A DNA stretch of 64,000 nucleotides from Octopus vulgaris (GCA_951406725.2 OX597818.1:126914001-126978000), one strand, 5' to 3'; positions 14,975 to 29,188 are shown, counted from the stretch's first letter. The notes: generated by a model not told the origin, from the letters alone. Numbers and translations are program-made.

Positions 14975-15195
14975 AAAGGATAAAGACCCCTTCGGTCATA
15001 AATGAACTAGAAAGTACCCCTCCGAGGTACAAATCCGGGCAAGGTTGTTTACAGAAGACCAGCAGTCGCCCATGCATGCCAGCCTCCCCTCTCCATGCCA
15101 CCGATGCAGTGACGTCGCAACTCATTTGTACAGCTTAGTGAACTGGAGAAACGTGAAATAAAGTGTCTTGCCCAAGAACACAACACACATTTTGA
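14975..15195 (-). mobile_element. SINE related to family C (CORE-like block) with a different 3' half
   Basis: Minus strand ttgtgttcttgggcaagacactttatttcacg matches the central block at 52508-52540. Confidence 0.65.
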
Positions 15196-15280
15196 AAGGT
15201 AACAATACCATATTGATGACGTCCAACATTATTACAGGACCACATATGATGAAGGAAAAAAGGTAGACTAAATCGACACC

Positions 15281-15431
15281 TTCCGCCGAGGTCGACTTTG
15301 CCTTTCATCCTTTCGGGGTCGATTAAATAAGTACTAGTTACGCACTGGGGTCGATATACTCGACTTAATCCGTTTGTCTGTCCTTGTTTGTCCTCTCTGT
15401 GTTTAGCCCCTTGTGGGTAGTAAAGAAATAG
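15281..15431 (+). mobile_element. 5'-truncated SINE family A copy with gccccttgtgggtagtaaagaaata tail
   Basis: Near-identical to 17930-18072 and 50322-50461. Confidence 0.9.
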
Positions 15432-16094
15432 GTATATTAGTGAAATTTCATTTATATACAAAAGAACAGACGAAATTTGAACTCACAGTATAAAAATCAC
15501 GTGAATTAACCCCTGCAAGGCACGCAACTCTTTCCTGTATTGATTCTACTACCGCATAACCCATTTCAATAAATTATTAAGGTTTGTAATGAAAACCCTG
15601 AATGCACTGTTATTTGGAAAAGTTTAAAGATATTAACTGCATAAAAACTATTTTGATAGTTATTAATTGAAGACACTGACTATTGCTAAGTGGTATGGTA
15701 AAAAATTCAATTATTGGAGTGTGGCACTGCACATGTCACAGGCAGCATTTTGCATCATTGCTTAAAGTGCTAAACTTTTATTGGTTCACTTCACATAAAA
15801 CAAGCTTTATAACTACCAGTAGAGTTGCCGTCAACCTCTAACAACATTATCGCAATTTAATATATCGAAAATATTATGAAATAAAGAGAAAATGTATTTC
15901 ATTTATTAATGACCATTAAAAGTGCTGTAATAGTGGGAAATAGACATTTGATTGTAGAAAAACCAGACTATTTCTCTCAGTCTTACATCTAAATGATGTT
16001 TGAATACTTTCTCTCGCTTCTTACTGCCATTCAGTATTTTCCCAGATATGTTCAACATTCATCTCTCTATATCAAACCCTTCATGCATATATAA

Positions 16095-16320
16095 CGTATT
16101 ATGCGGAGAGAATCCCTGGAGAAGGACATCATGCTCGGAATGGTCAGTGGCAAGAGAGGAAGAGGCCGACCAAGAACCCGCTGGCTTGACACCATCAAGA
16201 GTGATACCGGAATGATCATGGCCAATCTGAAGGAAGCGGCCCAGGATAGAACTGACTGGAGGACACTGATCCAACGAGTGACCGAGAGTCGACTTCGACT
16301 GAGCGGATAGAGAGAGAGGT
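16095..16320 (+). mobile_element. RTE-clade LINE 3' end fragment
   Basis: RRESLEKDIMLGMVSGKRGRGRPRTRWLDTIK...[20 protein letters not shown] is the typical RTE/BovB ORF C-terminus, followed by a short (GA)n tail. Confidence 0.9.
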
Positions 16321-16502
16321 ATACAACATGCAGATATGTGTGTGTATGTATGTATGTATGTATGTATGTATGTATGTATGTATGTATGTATGTATGTATG
16401 TATGTACAATTGATGAATTCTAAATTCCAAGGAAAGAACTTTTTTCGGGAGTAAAATAGGAGTTATTTTGTTCGTGAGAAATTTGAGGAATAAAAAAATG
16501 TA

Positions 16503-17760
16503 GGGGAGACCGTGTCTAGTTGTTAAACGGGTAAGTTGTTACTAGCCCGTTGTTTCCAACTTCAAAAAATAGGTGGCACTCGGGTCTCTACCTCGTGAAG
16601 ACCAACTCCATAGCATGACTGCACATGTGTATTGCACTGGCGGGCTGTCACCAGGAAAAACGATTTTTTAGTCCAAAAGTGAAATTTTGCCACAAGGTTA
16701 TTTCCTTTACTAAAGCACAAGTGGTGTTACTGAAGTAGTTTGTGGCTCAGTAGGAAGTATTGGAAGTTGCCTTCGATATATGAAGGTGTGTCCTGGATGC
16801 CATCATTACTAGTGCTGTGTACGAGGTAATCCCCTGGGCTAATTGTTACAGTGTGTTAACTTACCCCAGGCATGTAGCAACTTACCCCTTCTATTTCAGT
16901 TTAACACGCCATGCCTAGAAATTACAAAAAGAAGACTACAAGGGGGAATACCCCTCCTAATGTCGTGGAAAGAGCCGCCAGAAAAGTTGTGGATGAAAAG
17001 AAATCATTATGGGATGTTGTAAAACAGCGCATAGTGGATGAAATAAAAGAACGGAAATCCAAACCAAAGAAGGCAACTCTTATAGAAAAGGCAACAAAGG
17101 GGAAGGGAAAGTCAACTAAAACAGGTAAAGGCAAAGGAAGGCAGACTCGCAGCAAGCAAGTCACAGATTAGAAATGCCTTGTCTGCTCACATTGGTATTT
17201 CAACTCCCTTACAGGTGAAGAATGGGTGCAATGGATGATCTGTAAAGACTGGGCACACACTAACATTACCTATAGACGTCAGGATTTTCTGTGTGATCTG
17301 TGTGGTGAGAAGTTAATGGAGGACGATTCCGGCTAGATGGTACATTTAACAATGAGGAAATTGCCTGATGAGGACTCTCAGTATCACAGTTAGGATATGA
17401 GGTGGCTTAAAGCACAATTAATTAATTAAAATAATACTTCCTAGATGCAAGAAGCAGGAGACGTATTTATTTTAAATCTTTTGTTAACATAATTCCGAGT
17501 TATCGACAGTTGTAACAAAGTGCCCCAGTAACTGTAACAACGTACACAGCACTCAGGGAAAATTGCTGCAGCTGACACCTCCTCATTAATTAGAACCTGT
17601 CTAATTAATGTTATGTAATTTCTGGGGTTTTTTTTGCTGGTGATAACAATAGAGATGTTTTATAACTAATCAAATCTGAAAAGAAACTTCAACTGTGTTC
17701 ATTTATGTGGGTGCTAAGACAAAGAAATGAAAAAATCAAACAGCTAGACTTGGTCTCCCC
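16503..17760 (+). mobile_element. Internally deleted pogo/Fot1-like DNA transposon
   Basis: TIRs ggggagaccgtgtctagttgtt / aacagctagacttggtctcccc, TA on both sides; N-terminus MPRNYKKKTTRGNTPP (psq-HTH-like) joined to a basic tract and a degenerate PHD finger CLVC..GEEWVQW.ICKDWAH..FLCDLC; DDE domain absent. Confidence 0.8.
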
Positions 17761-17845
17761 TACATATAAAAATATGCATTACTGAAACTGCTTATATATA
17801 TTTATGCATATATATTTAAGCATGCCTAGTTTATATGTGTATATC

Positions 17846-18067
17846 AAGGCGGCGAGCTGGCAGAGACGTTAGCACGCCGGGCGAAATGCCTAGCGGTGTT
17901 TCGTCTGCCGTTACGTTCTGAGTTCAAATTCCGCCGAGGTCGACTTTGCCTTTCATCCTTTCGGGGTCGATTAAATAAGTACCAGTAAATCAATGGGGTC
18001 GATATAATCGACTTAATCCCCTTGTCTGTCCTTGTTTGTTCCCTCTATGTTTATCCCCCAGTGGGCA

Positions 18068-18072
<5 letters not shown>
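17846..18072 (+). mobile_element. Full-length, well-preserved SINE family A copy
   Basis: Complete head (box A-like tggcagagacgtt, box B gagttcaaatt), body and L1/Tx1-like tail. Confidence 0.9.
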
Positions 18073-18133
<61 letters not shown>

Positions 18134-18140
<7 letters not shown>

Positions 18141-18306
18141 ATTTAAAGCAGCAGAAAATTCAACAATACCTGTTACTCTGAAAATCAGAGTAACAGGTTT
18201 TGTTGAATTTTCTGCTGATGTTTTAAATAAAGCGTATTACTCTACCACTGGTATTTGAGTACTCTTTTTTTTCCACCTTGTTTCACATTTATGTGTTTAC
18301 TCCGGC

Positions 18307-18308
<2 letters not shown>
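18134..18308. mobile_element. PLE-type foldback element in (TA)n, same family as 1412-1595
   Basis: About 43-bp arms meeting at ttactctg-aaaat-cagagtaa; 3' extension tattactctaccactggtatttgagtactc...tttactccgg shared with the 1412 copy. Confidence 0.75.
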
Positions 18309-18361
<53 letters not shown>

Positions 18362-18364
18362 TAT

Positions 18365-18399
<35 letters not shown>

Positions 18400-19237
18400 G
18401 ATATATATATATATATGCATGCGAGGGAGGAAACGCACGTACGCACACAGTCACACACACACACTTACATACGCACGCACGCGCACACACATACGCACAT
18501 ACATATAAACACACATATATTTACAAGTATCAATACATCGTAAACCATGATAATCATTAGAAAAAGAGTTATTAAAATTTACGCGCTTTGTGTCCATTGA
18601 ACATTCATTTACAAAATCTTAAATACAAACAGAGTTATCTCTTGGGTCATGCGGGTCTCCTCTACCTTCTTACAAGTGAACTTATTTTTCTGACTACATT
18701 TGAAGAATTGTAACTCTTACTTCAATAATTACTCGCTATATACAAGGATATAGAAAAGTAGTCAAGACGCTTTGTGCGACACAAAACATAAGCCAGAGAA
18801 ATTATTACATAGTTAAGTAATTCCTGATATTCAAGTATGATATAATGGATAGCTGAATCGGTAGAACGCCGGGATAAATGTTACTTTGTGGCCATTAACT
18901 TTGGACGTGATTGCAAACCTAACTCAGGTATAAGTTTAACTCTTATGTGTCTGAAGTCAATGAATAATGTAGTAGTAACAACCAAAAGGGTGCTCTAGCT
19001 TGGGCTACTGTTCAGTAATTGTAAACAAAAGAGTATAATGAAATATATATAAAAAATAGTAAATATGGGCCAACAACATAGCAAGAGTTAATACAAAATG
19101 GTGAAATATCTCTTACTTAAACTTAAGTAGTACTTATATGATAAACATATTATGCTACCTGCGTGCCTATAAGAAATTTGTTCTTGCATGTGATATTTCA
19201 AACATCTAATATTTGTATGCATACTTACACCCCCACC

Positions 19238-19290
<53 letters not shown>

Positions 19291-19489
19291 CTTTAATATA
19301 AGTATATGTATGAATAAATATATATATATATATATATATATGTATATGTATATGTATATGTATATATGTATATACATACATATTTACATATATGTATAAA
19401 CATACATATATATGTATTTATATATATGTATGTGTATATATGTATGTATATATGTATATATATGTATGTATATGTATATATTCATGCAA

Positions 19490-19534
<45 letters not shown>

Positions 19535-19535
19535 G

Positions 19536-19567
<32 letters not shown>

Positions 19568-19800
19568 TATATACATACGCACACACGAAGGCATGTGCTT
19601 GTGGGTGGTCTGCGTGCGTATGTGTATGTATGCGTGCGTGCGTGTGAGTGTGTGTGTATGTGTGTATATGTATCCGTCTGTGCGTGCGCTTGTTTATTAA
19701 ATTTCATTCCCCATAATATACCTACATGTCGCGTGTACTGCAGTATCCAGTGTTTTCGAAAATATCATATCAAAGCTAGACAATCTACATACACCACGCA

Positions 19801-19852
<52 letters not shown>

Positions 19853-20443
19853 CATATATATATATATTTGTGTGTGTATGTATGTATATATATTGGCATT
19901 AGTACGCATACGTGCATATATACATCCACATAACTATTATATGTAAATATATTTATATGTGCATATGTATGAGTATGCATATGTGTATATGTGTGAGTGC
20001 GTTTGTGCACATTTGCGAGAATAAGCATGCGTGTGTGTATGTGCGTGCATGTGCGCATGTTTGTACTGCTAAAACTTGCGTGACTGCATTATTTAGAAAA
20101 TACATGCACATACACACGCTCGTACGTATGTGTTTACATATATATGCGTGTGCGTGTGTGTATGTGTGTGTGTGTGTGTGTGTGAGATTGTGTGTATGTA
20201 TGCATATGTATATGTATATACAGCCAAGGAATATTTCATGTAGTGTGTGTAAGTATATACGCACGCACCACATACATATAAAGCCCGCATCCGCAGACAT
20301 ATACGTGGATATGTCTATGTATGGATATTTGCTTGCTTGCAGCTTATGGATAAGCATACATGTGTAAACGTATGCATTACACGAGCATATGCATATAGGT
20401 ATACATGTACCTGCATACATACATACATACATACATACATACA

Positions 20444-20478
<35 letters not shown>

Positions 20479-20634
20479 GTACGTATGTATGTGTATGTGT
20501 GTGTATATATATATATATACATACATATGTGGGTGTTCAGTTTTGTGAGAAATGTTTTCATAATTTTGTTCGGAAGTTAGTGGCACTCCACATGGTCACC
20601 ACTGACCCTCCAAGTCCTGAGCACACGTAGATAA

Positions 20635-20704
<70 letters not shown>

Positions 20705-20713
20705 GTAATAATG

Positions 20714-20761
<48 letters not shown>

Positions 20762-20770
20762 GTAATAATA

Positions 20771-20862
<92 letters not shown>

Positions 20863-20935
20863 AAGAAGAAGAAGAAGAAGAGAAAGAGGAATAAGAATAA
20901 GAATAATAGAAACAAAAGCAATAATAATAACAAAA
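20635..20935. repeat. (TAA)n followed by (GAA)n microsatellite
   Basis: Seen directly. Confidence 0.95.
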
Positions 20936-20944
20936 AAAACTCAC

Positions 20945-21540
20945 CTCTGTTGATGTGATTTTCGAAATTATATCGGAATGGATGAGAAAGTCACTTGTCC
21001 AGACAATGTAGAATGTGATGACTGCAGTTATAGCGGTTGCGGACAGCGGTGGTGGATATGTAGTTAATTACTGGTCAAAGTTAGCACCGGAGGATGATTA
21101 TTTCTTTAGTGATCGAACTACAGATAAATTGATTATTGCAGCTGATTGTGATGATTATGATTATGACGACGGCGATGGCGTTCGCGTATTTATTAGTAGT
21201 AGTGATGGAGGTGGTTAGGTTGATGATGGTGGTGGTGGTGGTGATAAACTTCCGCTCTCTCGTGTATCACAAATGAACACTTTTTTCTTCTTTATTTTGA
21301 CTTAAATATTAAAAATAAGTAACGGTGTATATAATATACAATATATGTATACAAATTAGAATAAAATCAATGAAATTCAAGGAGACAGACGTTAATATTT
21401 AGTCGTCTGCTATAAAGGCGGTGTTGGCAACAATATCGGCAGCATGTAGCGGCGGATGAATACAGAGTTAAAGTGTTGTTTGAAGCTCAAAGTTTTCGAG
21501 CTATGGGTTTATTTTGTCTCGTCGCAATTTGTTTTATATA
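20945..21540 (-). promoter_or_regulatory. Candidate TATA promoter and non-coding first exon on the minus strand
   Basis: TATATAAAA (minus) at about 21532-21540, CpG-retaining non-repetitive sequence, consensus donor CAGAG|GTGAGT at 20945/20944; no coding support. Confidence 0.3.
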
Positions 21541-21639
21541 ATGACCAGTCTCTTCTGTTCACTGGGTACTTTCACCTACTTTTATACAGAAGGGCCAACC
21601 TACCATATCAGCCTATTATGTACCACATATGATATCACA

Positions 21640-22482
21640 TCACACCTCCACCGCAATTACCGCCATAAATCGTAATGGTAAACACCACCGTCATCTCCAC
21701 CACCAGCACCACTGCACCTCCTCCCCACCGACACCACCGGCGCGGCCATCACTGCTATAGTCATCACCAACACAACCAACACCACCATTACTACCTCAAG
21801 AAGGACACCCACCACTATCTACTCATCTACACACCCACCACTGTCAGCACCACAAAACACGATAATAGCTACACCTCCTATCCACTAGAACCATCGTCAC
21901 TACCAACAACACCACCATTACTACCTCAAGAAGAACACCCACCACTATCTTCTCATCTACACACCCACCACTATCTATTCATCTACACACCCACCATTGT
22001 CAGCACCACAAAACACGACAATAACTACACCCCGCCATCCACCAGAACCATCGCCACTACCAGCAACATCAGTAACACTAACACAGCCACTTTTATTAAC
22101 ACCATGCCCTCAACAAATACAGTACCATAACAACAATAACAGTAATTATAAACAACACTACAATAATCATCAATTAGACCCCCAACTGCCACAGCTACAA
22201 ACAAACACTACTACTATTAGTAATACAGCGATTACAATAATAATAATCCTTTCTACTATAGGCACAAGGCCTGGATTTTGCAGGGAGATCACATCGACCC
22301 CAGTATTCAACTGGTACTTAATTTATCAACCCCAAAAGAATGAAAGGCAAAGTTGACCTCGGCGAAATTTGAACTCAGAACGTAGCGGCAGACGAAATGC
22401 CTCTAAGTATTTTGCCCGGCGTGGCTAACGATTCTGCCAGCTCGTCGCCTTCGCCGCCTTAATAATAATAATAATAATAATG

Positions 22483-22536
<54 letters not shown>

Positions 22537-22758
22537 GTAATAATAATCCTTTCTACTATAGGCACAAGGCCTGAAATTTTGGGGAGGGAGATAGTCGATT
22601 ACATAGCCACCGGTACTCAACTGTTTCGTATTTTATCGCCCCCGAAAGGACGAAAAGCAAAGCCGACCTCGGCGGAATTTGAACACAGAACCTAAAAGAG
22701 AGATGAATTCCGCTAAGCTTTTTCCCCGGCATGCAAACAATTCTGCCACCTCGCCGCC

Positions 22759-22797
<39 letters not shown>

Positions 22798-22808
22798 GTA
22801 ATAATAAT

Positions 22809-22849
<41 letters not shown>

Positions 22850-22879
22850 GTAATAATAATAATAATGATAATAATAATA

Positions 22880-22911
<32 letters not shown>

Positions 22912-22984
22912 GATGATGATGATGATGATGATAATGATGATGATGACGATGATGATGATAATAATAATAACAATAATAATAATG

Positions 22985-23048
<64 letters not shown>

Positions 23049-23390
23049 GGAGGAGGATAATAATAATAATAATAATAATAAAATTTTTTTGGTGGGGTCA
23101 TAAGGGCCGAAAAAAAATAAGGAGTAAAAAAACCACACCACCAAAAAAAACTTGACCACAACCACCACAACCACTATCACGTTCACCACTATCATCATAC
23201 AACCACCGTCACTACCACAGCTACCACCACCACCAACACCACCACAACCGCCTTCACAGCAAACTTCACCAAACCTTCAATACAAAACCCCCATCGCCAC
23301 CAGCACCATCACCAGCACCACAACCACTCCTATCACCACTGCAACCATCACCACATCCATCAACACTACACCAACCACTACCCAAACTAT
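21640..23390. repeat. (CAC/CAT/CAA)-rich low-complexity region and (TAA)n arrays, including a ~131-bp tandem duplication (21777/21908)
   Basis: caacaccaccattactacctcaagaa...gtcagcaccacaaaacacga occurs twice. Confidence 0.85.
22245..22760 (-). mobile_element. Two tandem SINE family A copies (22245-22460, 22545-22760) separated by (TAA)n
   Basis: Both read atcctttctactataggcacaaggcctg...ctcggcg.aatttgaac.cagaac...tcgccgcctt. Confidence 0.9.
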
Positions 23391-24199
23391 CATTTGCTTG
23401 GTTGAAAATAAATTTATTTTTATGTTTAATTGAATATTTTAATTGAATATTTTTGTTTAATTTCTTGTTATAGTTTATTTCAGATTTAATTCTAGAATTT
23501 ATTGTGTAAGTTCGTTGTTAAGGGTGATTCGGCGGTTTATAATTTATTTTACCAGCTTCTATTTGAAGAACACGCATATACACACGCATAATTCACACTT
23601 TGAAAAACACTCGCATACATACTCATACACATACAATCAAATGCACACGCGCATACACATACTCTCAGATAAACACACGGATACCCACACACACACACAC
23701 ACACACACAATAGCACTCCTGCACAAATACACAATACTTCTAATATACGCTAACACATTTTCCTATGTATTACACTTACGTTACAACCGCATTCAAACCG
23801 ATAAACCAGCCAGCCTACACACGCATGATATTCTCAACCACAACCAATAAACACCCACATGCACTAATCCACACACACACACGCACGCACACACACACAC
23901 GCACACACACACACACTCCCTGTAACCTTTACACATGTATGTCATGCACGTTCTTCCTTTTTCTACTTGTCACAGTGATTTCCGTTTTACATCGCTTTGC
24001 ATCGCCACGCGTCGTTTAAACTCGTTGACAGCCGCGCCCTCACTCCTCGCCGCCCAACTTTGCTTTCAGTAGTAGTTGGCGTTGAAGTTGTTGTTCCCAT
24101 CATTGTCGATGCTGTTTTGTCTAGCCTCGGTTCAACCCTAAGAAAACAGGCCTGTCTTTTTTTCTTTTTCTTTTTCTTTTTTCTTTTCTTTTCTATTTT

Positions 24200-24630
24200 T
24201 TTTTTTTTGCTTTACTTCAGTCATTGGGGTGCGGTAATTCCGGGGCACCACCCTAAACGGTTTGGTCGACCACATCGACCCCAGTACATATTTTCAAGCC
24301 TGATACATTTTTTATCGATCTTTTTGGCCGAACTGCTAGCTTACGGGGATGTAAGCGAACCAACACCGGTTTTCAAACGGAAGTGGGAGTGGGACAAACA
24401 CAAGGACACAGGCATATAGAAATATACTTACATACACATTCATACATGTTTGTGTATGTGTGTGTGTTAGTGAGTGTGTGTGTATCCGATGGCTTCTACC
24501 AAATATACTCACAAGGCTTTGGTCGGCCCGGGGCTATAGAAGAAGACACTAGCCAAGGTAAGATACCGCATAATGGGACTGACTGTACAGAAGACCACAT
24601 CGTTGGGAAGGAGTTGAGTTGCCTTCCTAA
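24200..24630 (-). mobile_element. SINE family B copy
   Basis: ttcagtcatt...tcgacccc...ccgaactgctag.ttacgggga...actcacaaggctttggtcggccc. Confidence 0.85.
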
Positions 24631-25155
24631 CAGCGTTAGGGTAAAGTAGAACTAAATAATATTTAAATGTGTCTATTGTATTTGTCATGTCGTTATATGC
24701 GACAGTACAGTGAAGTTTCAGGGGGGATTTGACTGACCTTTCTAGCACGATTACTTCCTTCATTGGTGACTTGCTTACGAAGTTAACTAACACTGTTTCA
24801 AACCTACGTCACCTCGAGAACATCTGGTGAGAGGGGAATCGTTCTGGGGTTTAGTTAACGTTATAAATTATTCAATTATCAATAACATGTTTGGTTGCAT
24901 GTAAATGTATCAGCGCGTGAGCTGTATACATGTGAATGTATATGCATGTGTGAGCGTATTCACTCACACACACATACACACACACACACACACATGCATA
25001 TTTAAATTTATATATATAATGTGAATGCGTATATATAGATTTATGTATATAATGTGAATGTCAACATATACATATGTGTGTGTGCGTGTGTGCGTGTATG
25101 TATGTGTGTATGTAAATAGAATAATTAGCCTTCACTGTATACTGTCTATAGTAAA

Positions 25156-26200
25156 TCTTATACATAAATGGCAATTTCTGTCTGTCAATCTGTCTGTTAC
25201 CATCTTGCTGCCTACACCAGTGAGCCAATCTTGACGAAACTTTGCATACATGTTAAGCTAACATTTAGTTGAATTATAGGTTACCTGGATTTCAATAAAA
25301 ATCTATAATAGGCCCCCAAAGGGGATTGGGCTATTATTTGATAAAATGAGAGTGGTGCAAGAGTGTTAGTACGAGATTAATGTGGTGGCATAGTGAATGT
25401 GGCTGATATCAGGGAAGGCAAGAACAGCATTGTGTAAACGACAAATATGGAGTAGCAGTGGAATGGGAACGTTAATACAGCTGTCATTCAGAGAGATATA
25501 CAAGCGACACTGCATAAATACTTTCGTAAATACATAGTTACATGCATACACACACAAGCAATCATTGTACATGTGCACACACACACATGCTCATACAAAT
25601 GAGTAACCTTTAAAACGCCGAGGAAGGGAAAGAAAAGTTGGTGTGAGGGATACGTAGCTTTAAGGAGAGGGCGATTGGTGACTTTTCTGTTGTCCATCGC
25701 AAACACTCACACACAGACACATACACATACATATATATAAACATACATACGTACATACATGTCTACTATATACCATTTTAAACACGTGGCTACATGTGTG
25801 TACGTTTGTAAATGTGTGTGTGTGCGCGTGTTTCAGAAAAATGATACTGAGGTTTAAACTTTAATCAATCTTATCTAATCAAAAAAACAGGATTTGGAAG
25901 CTGCCTATCACAAAATGAAAGGAAAATCATTACGAGGAGAAATTCTTATTAAACAGAAGCAAAGCAAAGTTTTAATAAGTTTTAATGTATAAAGTCATGT
26001 GAAACAGTCGTACAGATATGTAAATAATTTAAAAAGGTAAAACATCCTCAACGAATTTTTTTTGTAAAAAATTGCACAAAACTTTCATGATCAACACATC
26101 TATATATCGGTGAAGGCGTGGTCTGACATGGAATAAACACAAATTTATATAAGACATTAAAGTGTAAAAATTTCCCGGCAACGACGGGCTATTCAGCTAG
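25156..26200 (+). mobile_element. Non-autonomous Helitron
   Basis: 5' A|TC start (tcttatacataaatggc..ctgtctgtc), subterminal hairpin cccggcaacgacggg, 3' end CTAG|T at 26197-26201, no TSD; 5' start could alternatively be 25145. Confidence 0.75.
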
Positions 26201-27392
26201 TAATATTATAAATAGAATTCGTTTATATTCTTTTATTCATTTATGCATTTCAGTCCAAAGGCTGGACCCATGGTGGAGCACCGCCATTATTATCACCTTT
26301 TCAGTGACCATTTATTTCGTTGGCTTTTGGTGAAGAAGGGAGCTCAATATTTCTGCCCCTTTTGAATTTCTTTCTGCGATGTAGATTCATCTGGAACCTT
26401 GAACAACAGGAGGCCAAGTAGTTTTTTGAAAACATATACCCCTACTTTACGTAGATCTCTCTATTAAATAGCCGTGGGCCCCTGAATCCCAAGCTATTGC
26501 AGTGCCACTATTCAGGGCACTATTACTGATGGCTGAAGACAAATGTCCTCCAGAGAACCAGCAGAGTTGCCTGGTTCTTTGTTTTGATAGTTCTGAATCT
26601 ACCTACACATTCCCATCATCTAGGTCTTATGCACATGAAAGAGGTGTTGCACATATCAAACCCCAAACTTCACATTGGGCTAGCAGCCCCCTTCTATACA
26701 AAGTATCGTTCTTGCAGCATGTTTGCAGAAGCTGGTTGATAGCGGAGATCTCAGAATTACTTTGCATGCTGTTTTCTTATATATGGCATCAAGGTCTTTC
26801 TATTATATAATATTAGCATCGAAAGGTTGCATGACTGCTTGTACTGCTTTTGTGCCGTCGCATAGCTAATAAATATAGCTATGTTTGCATAACGTATGGC
26901 ATGTCCAAAATAGCTATCACAAACAGCAGCAACCGCACATTTCCCTGAGTCACTTCACTTGCTATTATTCCTCTCCTTGGAGAAAGCCCCATTGCTTTCA
27001 CAGCTTGGGGTCTGACTTTTAAGAAGTCATGTAACCGCTGACCCAAACAGAATCATTAGTGAGGGATTATCGAACCGGGAAAATACTTTATAATCCTTCT
27101 GTTAGTACACCACGTCAGCAAATATTGTTTAGACTAGTAAATAACTCTGCGTATTCTTCTGGCAGAGTCCGCAATTATACTTCACCCCCAACGAACATTG
27201 TAAAAGTGTACGTTCTTTACCGATAAGCCACCAGGTGTATACCATACGATTCACAATCTAATAGTTATATATATACGATACACATATACATATATACATA
27301 TATGCATACATATATATATATATACATATACATATATATATATGCATATATATGTCTATGTATATCTATATGTATATATATATGTATACATA

Positions 27393-27442
<50 letters not shown>

Positions 27443-27576
27443 TATACATACATATCTATCTATCTATCTAGATAGATAGATAGATAGGTAAGCGGTGTAT
27501 GCGTATTTTAGATATAAGTATACGTATGTGTATGTATATATTCAATATATGCATTTTTGACTTTGGGTGTATAGAT

Positions 27577-27631
<55 letters not shown>

Positions 27632-27632
27632 G

Positions 27633-27849
27633 ATACAAAATTAAGAGGAATGACCACTAAAGTGAACACCTAACGCACTCATCGTGGTAATGGTGATTTG
27701 ACGTCATGTTTAGCATATTAGGTGTCCACTTTAGTGGTCATTCCTCTTAATTTTGTATGTAACACAATTTTTAATCCTTGAATTTTTTAAATATACTAAG
27801 CCACTGGTTTTAATTCATTAGTATCAATTTCTCCCCTTATTATTTGATT

Positions 27850-27855
<6 letters not shown>
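27633..27855. mobile_element. Foldback element in (TA)n (probable PLE terminal remnant)
   Basis: 41-bp arms atacaaaattaagaggaatgaccactaaagtgaacacctaa / ttaggtgtccactttagtggtcattcctcttaattttgtat with a one-sided extension, same architecture as 18134. Confidence 0.65.
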
Positions 27856-27906
<51 letters not shown>

Positions 27907-28001
27907 TATATATATATATAACTTAGAATAACTTAGAAAGGTTTTGGCCAGTATTGGCCCAGGCCATGTCTAACTTAATAGCACCACCTGGCACTTAATA
28001 G

Positions 28002-28043
<42 letters not shown>

Positions 28044-28067
28044 TATATATATATATGTATACATATA

Positions 28068-28214
<147 letters not shown>

Positions 28215-28717
28215 TGTGAAATTTGATTTAATCTTAAATCTAATTTTTCCCTGTAAGTTTGAATATACTCACTAATATTATTATTATTATTATTATATAT
28301 ATATATAAAGAAAGAGAGATGAATTCGAGTTTACTGTGACTTCCAGGTTTCGCCTCACGATTCACTCAAATAGATGAATGAGCTCATCTGCGGAAGTTGA
28401 AGACCCCCATCAACTGGAACTTTACGGTTTGATTATCTCATATTGAATCTCATGCGTCAGTGACTGCGTGAATGTTTGTGTGTAAGCATCTCTCTCCCTC
28501 TCCCTCTCTCTCTTTCTCTCTCTCTATATATATAATATATAGATATGTGTCCATGGTGTGTGTATGCGCGTGTTTGTGTGAGTGTGTGAGTGTATTTATG
28601 TATCTATTTTAACCATGCGTATCCTCACACATACTTATATGCATATAAATATGCATGTATGTACGTATATACATATATACATATATATCTATATCTGTAT
28701 GTATATATATATATGTG

Positions 28718-28772
<55 letters not shown>

Positions 28773-28931
28773 GTATGTATATATATATATATATATGTAT
28801 GTATGTACCCACGAATCCTGTATATATATATATATATACAGAATTCGTGGGTACATACATACATATATATATATACATATATATACATACATACATACAT
28901 ACATACATACATACATACATACATACATACA

Positions 28932-28963
<32 letters not shown>

Positions 28964-29096
28964 ATATTTGAAATAATAGCATGAAATTCAATATCAAAAA
29001 AATTACTCACGAAGGTATCTATGTCTAAAATAGTTTTGTATTAAAAATATATGTAAATATATGAAACATGACAGTTTTAAAATTTGTTAATGAATG

Positions 29097-29188
29097 CATC
29101 TTACGGTTGTTTTACGAAAGTATTGTCATTATAATGGAATCCATTGTTGATACACATTGATAGATAATACTTCCGCTCGTCAGAGATG
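29097..29188 (-). ncRNA. Hammerhead-ribozyme-like motif in the left pLTR arm (long stem II, GAAA replaced by AAAA)
   Basis: Mirror copy of 32150-32241. Confidence 0.6.

Noticed and set aside
17365-17395. CTGATGAG suggesting a hammerhead
   Set aside because: No downstream GAAA, stem III or stem I partner; lies inside the pogo-like element
26480-27240. Non-repetitive, moderately GC-richer segment that might be a coding or TE relic
   Set aside because: No motif recognised in the frames I translated; left unannotated
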